DNA from: Candidatus Rokubacteria bacterium CSP1-6
GTDB taxonomy: Bacteria; Methylomirabilota; Methylomirabilia; Rokubacteriales; CSP1-6
Direction of reading: 5' to 3'
Length of the DNA stretch: 49,178 bases
NCBI GenBank assembly: GCA_001443385.1
Contig: LDXP01000008.1
Location: forward strand, 1-49,178
Under the pieces are notes generated by a model that worked only from the letters and a program-made list of their open reading frames with translations, searched no databases and had not been told where the DNA came from. The position numbers and the translations under genes are program-made. Below are positions 9,428 to 20,324 of this stretch, piece after piece; the first letter of the stretch is position 1; the number at the start of each line of letters is the position of its first letter.

Positions 9428-10225
9428 CTAATGCATGACGGTGCCGCCATCGACGTTGAGCGCCTGTCCCGTGATATTCCGCGCCTGGTCCGAGGCCAGG
9501 AAAACGGCGGCCCAGCCGATATCCTCAGGCGTCTGCTCCCGCCCCATCGGGATCAGATCCTTCACCCGCTTGTCGAACACCTGGCGGGGCGTCATGCCCT
9601 TGAAGGCAGGGTTTGTCTCGGCGATGTGGGCCGCCAGCCCCTGCCAGAAGTCGGTCCAGAGCACCCCCGGGCAGAGGGCGTTCACCGTCACGTTGTGCGG
9701 GGCCAGTTCCTTGGCGAGGATCCGGGTGAAGGTGATCACGCCCATCTTGGACACGCTGTACGGTGGCATGGTCACGGCCGAGATCGGCCCCGCGATGGAG
9801 GCGATGTTGATGATCCGCCCCTGTCGACGCTCCATGAAGTGGGGGGTGAGGGCCTTCGCGAGCAGGAAGATGGACTTGACGTTCACCGCGAAGACCTGGT
9901 CCCAGTCCGCCTCCGTGTTGTTCGTGAAGGGCATCCCGGGGCGCGAGGCGACGCCGGCGTTGTTGACGAGAATGTCGAGCCTGCCGAAGGTCTCAAGCGC
10001 TTTGCTGACGATACGATCAATATCGGCCTGCCGGGTCACGTCGCACTCGAGGGCCAGAGCCCGGCGGCCGAGCCCTTTCACCTCGTCGGCCACCCGGGCG
10101 GCGTTGGCCGCCTGGATGTCGGGGATGACGATGTCCGCCCCCTCCCCCGCCATGCAGCGGACGATCCCCCGACCGATCCCGCTCCCCCCGCCCGTCACCA
10201 TCGCCACCTTGTCGGCCAGTCGCAT
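9428..10225 (-). CDS. short-chain dehydrogenase/reductase
   Basis: TGGGSGIG, NNAG, YSVSK, VDGG; GGAGG RBS. Confidence 0.9.
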   Translation of the reverse strand: MRLADKVAMVTGGGSGIGRGIVRCMAGEGADIVIPDIQAANAARVADEVKGLGRRALALECDVTRQADIDRIVSKALETFGRLDILVNNAGVASRPGMPFTNNTEADWDQVFAVNVKSIFLLAKALTPHFMERRQGRIINIASIAGPISAVTMPPYSVSKMGVITFTRILAKELAPHNVTVNALCPGVLWTDFWQGLAAHIAETNPAFKGMTPRQVFDKRVKDLIPMGREQTPEDIGWAAVFLASDQARNITGQALNVDGGTVMH

Positions 10226-10338
10226 GAGACAATCCTCCCCGGGAACTCTGCCCCGGGAGGAGCATAAACGAAAAGCGGGCGGTTGTCTCCCCTCAGGCGA
10301 CGAAGCGGGATGCGGCGCGCGGTCGTTAAGGCGGAATT

Positions 10339-10824
10339 TTGTCCTGGCTGGCCCGCGGGCTTAAGATCATCTCGACGCAGATGTTCAACCTATTGCCGTG
10401 GCGGTGGACCCACTGGATCCTTCTGTTGGTGGGACCCCTCTTCGTTGTCGCCTACCTCAGCCTTTGGTCGTGGGGGCCGATCGACGAGGCGATCCAGCGG
10501 CTTCAGCACCAGCCGGAACTGCTCAACGCCGGTCGGAATGTCGGCGTCCTCCGAGCGGAGACGCTCGTCGGCTTGGTCTCATTGCTCCTGCTGACACCGC
10601 TCGTCGGCACGGTCGCGCTCTTCATGCTCCTGTTCGCCATGGTGATCCTGGCGGTCACCCTCGGCCCGCTCGTTCGCGTGCTGGGGTTGCCCGAATGGGT
10701 TCTCGTGCTGCTCCTGGGGGGCGCGATCTCCAGCGCGGTGTATGCCGAGAGCGAGGTGTGGCTGCCGTGGTCCTGGTGGTTGCTCGACCACCTCGCGACC
10801 GCCTACATCATCCTGGTTCTGTAG
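10339..10824 (+). CDS. hypothetical membrane protein (start uncertain; ATG 10381 is an alternative)
   Basis: Several strongly hydrophobic segments; fills the gap between neighbouring genes. Confidence 0.6.
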   Translation: MSWLARGLKIISTQMFNLLPWRWTHWILLLVGPLFVVAYLSLWSWGPIDEAIQRLQHQPELLNAGRNVGVLRAETLVGLVSLLLLTPLVGTVALFMLLFAMVILAVTLGPLVRVLGLPEWVLVLLLGGAISSAVYAESEVWLPWSWWLLDHLATAYIILVL

Positions 10825-10825
10825 G

Positions 10826-11815
10826 CTACTGGATTACCTCGGTCGCCCGGAGGAGAACGGACTGCGGCATCGTGAGGCCCAGGGCTTTTGCAGCCTTGAG
10901 ATTGACGACTAGCTCGAACGTTGCCGGTCGCTCCACGGGCAGGTCGGCCGGGCTGGCCCCTTTGAGGATCTTGTCCACGTACGTCGCGGCCCGCCGGTGC
11001 ATCCCCGCGTAGCTCGGCCCATAGGACATCAACCCGCCCGCCTCAACCAACTCCCGGTACGCATGCACCCCCGGCAAGCGGTGCTGGGCGGCGAACTCCA
11101 TGATGCGCGCGCGATTATGAAGGAACAGGCGATCCGCCAGCACGAGGAGTGCGCCCGGCCGCTCCCTGGCGATTGCGGCGAGCGCGTCCTCGATCTCTTC
11201 CCGGGTTCGCACCCCCAGGGACAGCACTTTCATCCGCAACACCTTGGCCGCGGCTCGCACCTCCGTCTCCGCGATCACCTGGAACGGACTCACCGGATTC
11301 CAGAGCATCGCGACGTGGGAGAGTTTGGGAACGACTTCTCTCAGCAGCTCCAACCGTTTCCCCTCCAGTTCCGGTGAGATCGAGGTCAACCCCGTGATGT
11401 TCCCACCGGGCCGGTTGAGGGACGCGACGATACCCGTGCCGACGGGATCGCCGACGGCCACCATGACGAGAGGGACCGACGTCGTCGCCTTCTTGACGGC
11501 GAGGGTAGCAGGTGTGCCGGCGGTCACGATCACATCGATCTTCATGGCGATCAGCTCGGCGATGAGAGCGGGAAAGCGCTCGTACTTCCCTTCAGCCCAC
11601 CGATACTCGATCAGGACGTTTCGGCCCTCGACATAGCCGAGGTCACGCAGGCCTTCGCGGAACGGCCCGACGAGATTGGCCTCGAGGGCGGCGGTGGAGT
11701 TCCCCAGGAACCCGATTCGGTGAACCTTTCCCGACTGCTGGGCCTGAGTGGCCAGGGGTGCCAGAAGGATGCCGAAGGCGACGGTGGTGACAAGGCCGGC
11801 CGCTCGGATCTTCAT
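10826..11815 (-). CDS. ABC transporter substrate-binding protein (ABC_sub_bind / PF04392-like), orphan
   Basis: Signal peptide AQQ, FREGLRDLGYVEG, RPGGNITG, GGLMSYG, DLPVERP, NLKAAKALGL; GGAGGT RBS before ATG 11815. Confidence 0.88.
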   Translation of the reverse strand: MKIRAAGLVTTVAFGILLAPLATQAQQSGKVHRIGFLGNSTAALEANLVGPFREGLRDLGYVEGRNVLIEYRWAEGKYERFPALIAELIAMKIDVIVTAGTPATLAVKKATTSVPLVMVAVGDPVGTGIVASLNRPGGNITGLTSISPELEGKRLELLREVVPKLSHVAMLWNPVSPFQVIAETEVRAAAKVLRMKVLSLGVRTREEIEDALAAIARERPGALLVLADRLFLHNRARIMEFAAQHRLPGVHAYRELVEAGGLMSYGPSYAGMHRRAATYVDKILKGASPADLPVERPATFELVVNLKAAKALGLTMPQSVLLRATEVIQ

Positions 11816-11863
11816 GTTTACCTCCAGGGGCTGCGTCCCCAGCAATGTATCGGATTCTGGACG

Positions 11864-11892
11864 TTGACGCCAGAGGATCAGCGCCAGACAAT
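11864..11892 (+). promoter_or_regulatory. putative sigma70 promoter of comM (leaderless)
   Basis: TTGACG-N17-GACAAT ending 7 nt before ATG 11900. Confidence 0.45.
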
Positions 11893-11899
11893 CGCGGCT

Positions 11900-13420
11900 A
11901 TGCTGGCCCGGGTGCTCTCGGCCGCCGTGACCGGGATCGAGGCCGCGCTCGTCTCCGTCGAGGTGGACGTCACGTCAGGCCTTCCCGCCTTCAACATGGT
12001 CGGGCTCCCCGATTCCACCATCCGCGAGAGCCGCGACCGCGTCAGGAGCGCCATCCGGAACGCGGGCTACACCTTCCCCATGGAGCGCATCACGGTCAGC
12101 CTTGCCCCCGCGGATCTCCGAAAGGAAGGTGCCGCCTTCGACCTCCCGATCGCCCTGGGAATCCTCGCTGCCACGGGACTGGTGAAGGGTGACGCCCTCC
12201 AGCGTTTCCTCCTGATCGGCGAGCTCTCCCTCGACGGCGAGGTCCAGCCGGTGCGCGGCGTGCTGCCCATCGCGCTCGCCTGCCGCCGCGAGGGGCTCGA
12301 CGGCCTCCTCCTCCCCGCCGCCAACTGCCGCGAGGCCGCCATGATCTCCAACCTCACGGCCCTCCCGCTCCGACGCCTCAGCGAGGCCGTTGAGTGGCTG
12401 GCCGGCGAGCGAACGATCGAGCCGGCGCGCGTGGACCCCGAGGCGCTGGCCGGTCAGGCGAGCGTGGACGACGTGGACTTCTCCGAGGTCCGGGGCCAGG
12501 CCCACGCCAAGCGGGCCCTCGAGATCGCCGCCGCCGGCGGCCACAACGTCCTCATGATCGGCCCGCCCGGCGCTGGGAAAACGCTGCTCGCCCGCCGGCT
12601 TCCCACGATCCTGCCCCCTCTCGCGCTGGAGGAAGCGATCGAGGTCTCCGCCGTGTGGAGCGTGGCCGGGCTCCTGGCTCCGAATGATGGGCTGCTGAGA
12701 GTTCGTCCCTTCAGGGCGCCCCACCACACGATCTCCGAGGCCGGGCTCATCGGCGGCGGGAGTGTTCCCCACCCGGGGGAAGTGAGCGTCGCTCATTCGG
12801 GCGTGCTCTTCCTCGACGAGATGCCCGAGTTTTCCCAGCACGTGCTCGAGAGCCTCCGCCAGCCCCTCGAAGACGGCGCCGTGGTCGTGGCGCGCGCCGC
12901 GGGGGCCTCGCGCTTTCCCGCCCGCTTCCAGCTCGTGGGCGCCGCCAACCCCTGCCGCCGGGGCTGCCCCAGCCTCCAGGCCTGCCTCTGCACTCCCGGC
13001 GAGCGCGAGCGCTACCTGGCCCGCCTCTCGCGCCCTTTGCTGGACCGGATCGACCTCCACCTGGACGTCCCGGCGGTCCCCTTCCGGGAGCTCTCCCGGG
13101 ACGCGTCCGGGGAAACGTCGGCGGCGATCCGCGAGCGCGTCCTCAGGGCGCGCGCGATTCAGGCGCAGCGCTTCACGAAATCGGCGGCCCGCGTGAACGC
13201 GCGCATGAGCGCCAGCCAGCTCCGGCGATTCTGCGCCATCCCCGCCGACGGGCAGAAGCTCCTCGCCCTGGCCGTCGAGCGGCTCGGGCTCTCCGCCCGC
13301 GGCCACGACCGGATCTTGAAGGTGGCGCGGACTATCGCGGACCTGGAAGGTCGTGAGACAATCGCGGCCGAGCACCTCGCCGAGGCGATCCAGTACCGTG
13401 GCCTGGACCGGTGGCTCTGA
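11900..13420 (+). CDS. comM: YifB/ComM Mg-chelatase-like AAA+ ATPase
   Basis: GLPDSTIRESRDRV, DLRKEGAAFDLPIA, GPPGAGKT, PFRAPHH, LFLDEMPEF, DRIDL, ARTIADL, EAIQYR. Confidence 0.95.
   Translation: MLARVLSAAVTGIEAALVSVEVDVTSGLPAFNMVGLPDSTIRESRDRVRSAIRNAGYTFPMERITVSLAPADLRKEGAAFDLPIALGILAATGLVKGDALQRFLLIGELSLDGEVQPVRGVLPIALACRREGLDGLLLPAANCREAAMISNLTALPLRRLSEAVEWLAGERTIEPARVDPEALAGQASVDDVDFSEVRGQAHAKRALEIAAAGGHNVLMIGPPGAGKTLLARRLPTILPPLALEEAIEVSAVWSVAGLLAPNDGLLRVRPFRAPHHTISEAGLIGGGSVPHPGEVSVAHSGVLFLDEMPEFSQHVLESLRQPLEDGAVVVARAAGASRFPARFQLVGAANPCRRGCPSLQACLCTPGERERYLARLSRPLLDRIDLHLDVPAVPFRELSRDASGETSAAIRERVLRARAIQAQRFTKSAARVNARMSASQLRRFCAIPADGQKLLALAVERLGLSARGHDRILKVARTIADLEGRETIAAEHLAEAIQYRGLDRWL
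13348..13420 (+). repeat. direct repeat copy 1 (comM 3' end, attL-like)
   Basis: 73 bp, 67/73 identical to 15403-15475. Confidence 0.92.
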
Positions 13421-13442
13421 GTGTCGGAATCTCTCCCGTTGG

Positions 13443-15335
13443 CTACCGCCGCTCAGCGGGACTTCCAGCCGATGTCGGGGGAGGCAGTTGTCCGGCGAGG
13501 CGCGGATTGAGGCGACGGAGAATTTCGGATTGCTCCTGGGCCGCGGCGGTGTTCCCCAAGGCCAGATATGCACGCGCAAGCCCGAGGCGTGGCAGCGGGG
13601 CATTCTGATAGAGCGCGATCGCGCGCTGGAAGTAGGGGATCGCGTCCATAGGCCTGCCGAGTTCGACCAGTGCTATCCCGAGGTGCGTGAGGGCGCCCAT
13701 GTGAGTCGGGTTCTGTCGGATAACCAGCTCCAGGTGTGGAACCGCCTCCCCGGGCTTTCGTTGTTGGACGAGGGCTTCACCCAGATAGGCCCTCGCGTCA
13801 ACATTCCCGGAGTCCTCTGAAAGGACCCGCTGGAAGTGTTCGCTGGCTCTCGCTGGGTCACCAACTCGCAGCAGGACGAACCCGAGGTTGTGGTGGGCGA
13901 CGAGGAGGTGGGGTCTGGACGCCACGGCGCGCTCAAAATGCTCGATCGCCCGGGGGAAAAGGCCGCGGCTGCCCAGGGCAACACCCAAGTTGTTGTGGCA
14001 CCACGCGCAGTCCGGGTCGATTTGCAGAGAATGGCTCCACAGCGTGTCCGGATCTCGCCAGATCTGCACCTGGTTCCAGGTGAGCGCCCCCAGCCCGATG
14101 ATCCAGGCTGCGGTAGCCGCCAGTGCCGCGCGCGCCAGCGGTCGAGTAAGTGAGCGACCGGTCGCGCCCCTGACCATGGCGGCCACCGCCGCCCCCGCGA
14201 GGAGGGTCCAGCCGAGACATGAAAGATAGCTGTAGCGGTCGGCGGCGAGTTGTCCGCCATCATGGAATAGGCCGCTCACCGGCAGCAACATCACAATGTA
14301 AGTGAGCCACACGGCCAAGCCGGCAGGCCACCGCCGCCGGAGCAGGAAGAACCCCGCGGAGAGAATTCCGACCGCGATTGCGCTCCCGAGGAGCGGCAGA
14401 GCCAGCGGGTCGACCGGCCCACGTAACTCGTACAAGGGTGAGAGCCCCTGGGGCAACACGGTCTTCCAGACATAGAAGCAGAAGCTCCAAAGCGCGATGG
14501 CCACACGGGAGAGGAGAGGCAACTTCTCTAGGGATGTCGGTGACGACCCAGTCCGCACCGCGTAAAGCGCGATGGCTCCTCCGATGAGGGACAGGAGGAG
14601 ATAGGGCACCTTCTCCTTCCACACCTGCCGGACTTGGGGAGCGAACCAGTCCCGCAACCGTCCACCGATGCGGCCGAGCGGGTACGCGTCGATCACAATC
14701 AGAACAAAGGGGAGCGTCATGACAATGGACTTCGACGCCAAGGCAAGAATGTAGCATCCCACCGAACTGCCCAGCCATCTTCGTCGTGTTGCGCCCTGCG
14801 CGTCGCACGCGTTCAGGTACGTCAGGATCGTAAGCAGGAAGAAGAGGCCCGAGAGGACGTCGCGGCGTTCCGTCACCCAGGCCACGGACTCTGCTCGAAG
14901 GGGGTGCAGAGCGAAGGAGAGTGCCGCCGTCGCCGCGCCCAAGCGAAGCCCGATCTCTCCAAACCCCGTCATGGCCTTTGCAAGCAGCCGGTAGGCCACG
15001 AAATAAAATGCTGCGGCGTTGGCGGCGTGGAGCAGGATGTTCGTGAGGTGATAGCCGATTGGGTTCATTCCCCACACGAGATAATCCAGGCCAAACGTAA
15101 TCCAGGTCAGGGGAATCCAGTGCCCCATGAGGAAGGTGGTGAACATCCATCGGAGTTGCTCCCAGCCGAGTCCCCGGAAGTGCGGGTTGTTGAGGAAGTT
15201 TGCCGAGTCGTCCCAGTCCAGGAATTGGTTCGGAAGCGCGGGGGAGTAAATGACGAACGTCACCACCCCAATGGTGATGGCAAGGCCACTCCGACCCAGC
15301 AAGGCAGAAACAAGACGAAGGACACTGGCCGCCAT
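13443..15335 (-). CDS. TMTC-like multi-pass membrane glycosyltransferase (GT-C fold) with C-terminal TPR repeats
   Basis: FLDWDD acidic motif, YHLTNILLH, HPLRAESVAWVTERRD, EKVP, ADRYSYL, W-x-D-x-x-T-L-W, then TPR repeats; GGAGGGA RBS before ATG 15335. Confidence 0.85.
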   Translation of the reverse strand: MAASVLRLVSALLGRSGLAITIGVVTFVIYSPALPNQFLDWDDSANFLNNPHFRGLGWEQLRWMFTTFLMGHWIPLTWITFGLDYLVWGMNPIGYHLTNILLHAANAAAFYFVAYRLLAKAMTGFGEIGLRLGAATAALSFALHPLRAESVAWVTERRDVLSGLFFLLTILTYLNACDAQGATRRRWLGSSVGCYILALASKSIVMTLPFVLIVIDAYPLGRIGGRLRDWFAPQVRQVWKEKVPYLLLSLIGGAIALYAVRTGSSPTSLEKLPLLSRVAIALWSFCFYVWKTVLPQGLSPLYELRGPVDPLALPLLGSAIAVGILSAGFFLLRRRWPAGLAVWLTYIVMLLPVSGLFHDGGQLAADRYSYLSCLGWTLLAGAAVAAMVRGATGRSLTRPLARAALAATAAWIIGLGALTWNQVQIWRDPDTLWSHSLQIDPDCAWCHNNLGVALGSRGLFPRAIEHFERAVASRPHLLVAHHNLGFVLLRVGDPARASEHFQRVLSEDSGNVDARAYLGEALVQQRKPGEAVPHLELVIRQNPTHMGALTHLGIALVELGRPMDAIPYFQRAIALYQNAPLPRLGLARAYLALGNTAAAQEQSEILRRLNPRLAGQLPPPTSAGSPAERR

Positions 15336-15402
15336 ATATCTCGAACTCCCTCCAGATGAGTGTAAGCCACACGCAGAGACATTCAAAGTATCATCGTCCC
15401 CC

Positions 15403-15475
15403 AGGTCGTGAGACAATAGCCGCCGAGCACCTCGCCGAGGCGATCCAGTATCGCGGCCTCGACCGATGGCTCTGA
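15403..15475 (+). repeat. direct repeat copy 2 (displaced comM 3' fragment, attR-like)
   Basis: Encodes the same GRETIAAEHLAEAIQYRGLDRWL* as the comM end, with 6 synonymous differences. Confidence 0.92.
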
Positions 15476-15502
15476 TGCCTGCGCGAGGAGGTAGAGGGAG
15501 GC

Positions 15503-16063
15503 ATGCCGCACCCGATGAAGCTCACCCGCGACGGGAGCGCGCTCATCGTGGTGGACGTGCAGGAGCGGCTCTTCGCCGCCATGGACGCCGAGCACCGGGA
15601 GGAAGTGGTCAAGAACCTCAAGGTGCTTGCGACGGCAGCCCGGCGACTCGGGCTGCCGACCCTGATCACCGAGCAGTACCCCGGGGGGCTCGGCCACACG
15701 CTGCCCGAGCTCAAGGAAGCGCTCGGTCCCGTCGAGCCGGTCGAGAAGGTGGCGTTCTCCTGCTGCGACGCCGAGGGGTTCAGTTCCCGGCTCAAGGCGA
15801 CCGGTCGGAGGCAGGTGATCCTGGCGGGGATCGAGGCCCACGTCTGCGTCCTGCTGACCGGCCTCGACCTCCTGGCGGACGGCTACACCGTGCACGTGGC
15901 CGCCGACGCCGTGACCTCGCGCACCCAGGGGAGCTGGCGGATGGGCGTGGATCAGCTCCGGCAGGCCGGCGCGGTGATCACCACGACCGAGAGCGTGCTC
16001 TTCCAACTCCTCCAGAAAGCCGACACGGACGACTTCCGCATCCTCGCCAAGCTGATCAGGTAA
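15503..16063 (+). CDS. isochorismatase-family hydrolase
   Basis: VVDVQERL, TEQYP..LGHT, EKVAFSC, GIEAHVCV, DAVTSR. Confidence 0.9.
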   Translation: MPHPMKLTRDGSALIVVDVQERLFAAMDAEHREEVVKNLKVLATAARRLGLPTLITEQYPGGLGHTLPELKEALGPVEPVEKVAFSCCDAEGFSSRLKATGRRQVILAGIEAHVCVLLTGLDLLADGYTVHVAADAVTSRTQGSWRMGVDQLRQAGAVITTTESVLFQLLQKADTDDFRILAKLIR

Positions 16064-16491
16064 TGGCCCGCTACTTCGACATCCGCTCCACGATCCTCAT
16101 CGTGGTGGGGTACGGCATCCTGCCCGAGGAGGAGGATCGGCCCATCGCATACGAGCTGAGGCGCCTCGTCAACACGCGCGGCGCAGGGGCCGAGAACCGG
16201 TCGGCGGTGGTCCTCACGGACATGTGGGTGATGAATCAGGAGATGGCCGAGTTCTTTCCCGCCATCGCCATCGGCGGTCCGGGCGTCAACGCCTTCACGG
16301 CTCAGATCTACGAGGACCTGCCGGTGGCGTTCACGCGGGACCAGCAGCTGTTCATCCAGATGAACCCGGAGTCCGGCAAGCGCGCCGCCATCTGGGGCAT
16401 GGATCACCGGTCCACGCGCGAGGCGGTGGACGTCTTCGTCAACGACGGGTTCCTGGACCGGTTCCTGGATCTGGTCTGGCGCCGCGCCTAG
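16063..16491 (+). CDS. hypothetical protein
   Basis: TAATG coupling with the upstream gene; typical codon usage; begins MARYFDIRSTILIVVGYG. Confidence 0.75.
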   Translation: MARYFDIRSTILIVVGYGILPEEEDRPIAYELRRLVNTRGAGAENRSAVVLTDMWVMNQEMAEFFPAIAIGGPGVNAFTAQIYEDLPVAFTRDQQLFIQMNPESGKRAAIWGMDHRSTREAVDVFVNDGFLDRFLDLVWRRA

Positions 16492-16510
16492 CGCCTGGCG
16501 GGCCCGTCGG

Positions 16511-16718
16511 ACGGCGGGCCGAGAAGCGAGCCGGGTACCCACCGAAGGTGGGTGGAGGCCCGAGGGAGGAGCACACCGGAGGCGTAACGACCCAGCCCGC
16601 CTCCTGCGGGACTGGGTGCCCGCAAAGGAGTGGCGACGACCGAGAGGTCATCGGTCGCCGAAGGCGATCCCTGGCGGGCACCCGCGAAGCGGGTCGTGCG
16701 AAGCTTATCGGCCCGCCG
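16511..16718. repeat. MITE/REP-like structured element, long form with nested hairpin modules
   Basis: Inverted repeats CGGCGGGCCGAGAAGC (16512-16527) and GCTTATCGGCCCGCCG (16703-16718); collinear with the reverse complement of 14-137; four internal hairpins. Confidence 0.75.
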
Positions 16719-17397
16719 AGGGGAAGACGGGCGGGATGTTCGTGTAAACGATGCTGCCCTGCGAGTCCTCGTATCGGTAGATGACCTGGGGCGTGCCCGC
16801 GCCTGAGCCCCCGCCGTACAGGGAGAGGATGCGCCGGACGTACTGCTGCGTCTCGGGGTACGGCGGGATCCCGCGGTACCAATCGACCGCCTGGGCGCCG
16901 GCGTTGTAGGCGGCCAGCGCCAGCAGCAGATTCCCCCCGTAGCGATCAATCAGGCTCCGCAGGTGGCGCACGCCGCCGTCGATGTTCTGGGCCGGGTTGA
17001 AGGCGTCACGGACCCCGAGCGAGGATGCCGTCTTGGGCATGAGCTGCATGAGCCCCCGCGCCCCCTTGCGCGAGACGGCCCACGGGTTGAAGGCCGACTC
17101 GACCCGGATCACCGACTGGACGAGGCTCGGGTCAAGGCCGTAACGGTCAGCCGCGTCCACGATCTCCTGGGCGTACCGCCCCCGCACGGCTTCGGGGATC
17201 GCCAGCCAGCCTGACGCCGTGCCGCTCCACCCGGGCTGGGGCTGGTAGCGGGGACTGGTGGGAGCGTTGGTCAGGTGGACCACCCCATCCTTGTCCACCA
17301 TCCGGAAAGACGACGCCGGCGCCGGGTCGGCCCAGCCCAGGAATCCCAGCGCCGCCGAGAAGAGGAAAAGAAGCGAACGTCGCACAGTACGCTCCAT
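16705..17397 (-). CDS. soluble lytic transglycosylase (SLT domain) with short N-/C-terminal DUF4124-like segments
   Basis: VIRVESAFNP, SRKGARGLMQLMP, ALAAYNAG, PPYPETQQYV; real start may be GTG 17385. Confidence 0.9.
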   Translation of the reverse strand: MERTVRRSLLFLFSAALGFLGWADPAPASSFRMVDKDGVVHLTNAPTSPRYQPQPGWSGTASGWLAIPEAVRGRYAQEIVDAADRYGLDPSLVQSVIRVESAFNPWAVSRKGARGLMQLMPKTASSLGVRDAFNPAQNIDGGVRHLRSLIDRYGGNLLLALAAYNAGAQAVDWYRGIPPYPETQQYVRRILSLYGGGSGAGTPQVIYRYEDSQGSIVYTNIPPVFPSAGR

Positions 17398-17506
17398 CGT
17401 AGAGGGCCGCGCTCCGGCCTGTCAAGTTTTGGGGATTTCGTTCTAGAGCAAAGGACGTGCCAGGGGCGACGGATCAAGAAGTCGAGAGGTTAGCCTCGGC
17501 TCGGTG

Positions 17507-19921
<2,415 letters not shown>

Positions 19922-19937
19922 GGTCGGTCCCCCACCG

Positions 19938-20324
19938 TCAAAACACGTCGAGCGGGCGGAGCTGGCCCGACGCCGCGCGGACCAGCGCCTCGCCGGGGCC
20001 CCGGTCCCGGTGCTCCCGGGACCGGCCGGCGTCCTCGCGGACGTAGGCCAGCAGGTCTTCGATCTGCTTCTGCATGTCGAGCATCCGGCGCCTCATCTTT
20101 AAGATGGTCTCGACGCCCGCAAGATTCACCCCGAGGTCGCGCGTGAGGCGGACGACGCGGGAAATGTCCTCGACGTCCTCCGCGGAGTACATCCGGGTTC
20201 GGCCCACGGTGCGGCTCGGCTGGATCAAGCCCTTCTTCTCGTAGAACCGGAGGGTCTGAGGGTGGAGCTTGAGCATGTCGGACACCACGCCGATCATGTA
20301 GAGCGGCTTGCCCTTGTTCGTCAC
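19938..20324 (-). CDS. hspR: MerR-family heat-shock repressor, HspR-like
   Basis: YMIGVVSDMLKLHPQTLRFYEKKGLIQPSRT..RMYS..LGVNLAGV; located in the dnaK operon. Confidence 0.85.
   Translation of the reverse strand: MTNKGKPLYMIGVVSDMLKLHPQTLRFYEKKGLIQPSRTVGRTRMYSAEDVEDISRVVRLTRDLGVNLAGVETILKMRRRMLDMQKQIEDLLAYVREDAGRSREHRDRGPGEALVRAASGQLRPLDVF

Larger units (their letters stand above)
13348..15475. mobile_element. integrase-less genomic islet at the comM 3' end
   Basis: Flanked by 73-bp direct repeats of the comM 3' end; single cargo gene with visibly more A/T-ending codons than the flanks. Confidence 0.7.

Noticed and set aside
15466-16062. 341-aa ORF starting at 15466
   Set aside because: Its N-terminal part overlaps the isochorismatase gene in another frame; the real gene most likely starts at ATG 16063
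16492-16718. CRISPR array, tRNA, or SRP/RNase P/tmRNA gene
   Set aside because: No regularly spaced repeats and no recognisable conserved motifs; better explained by homology to 14-137 and 42410-42450
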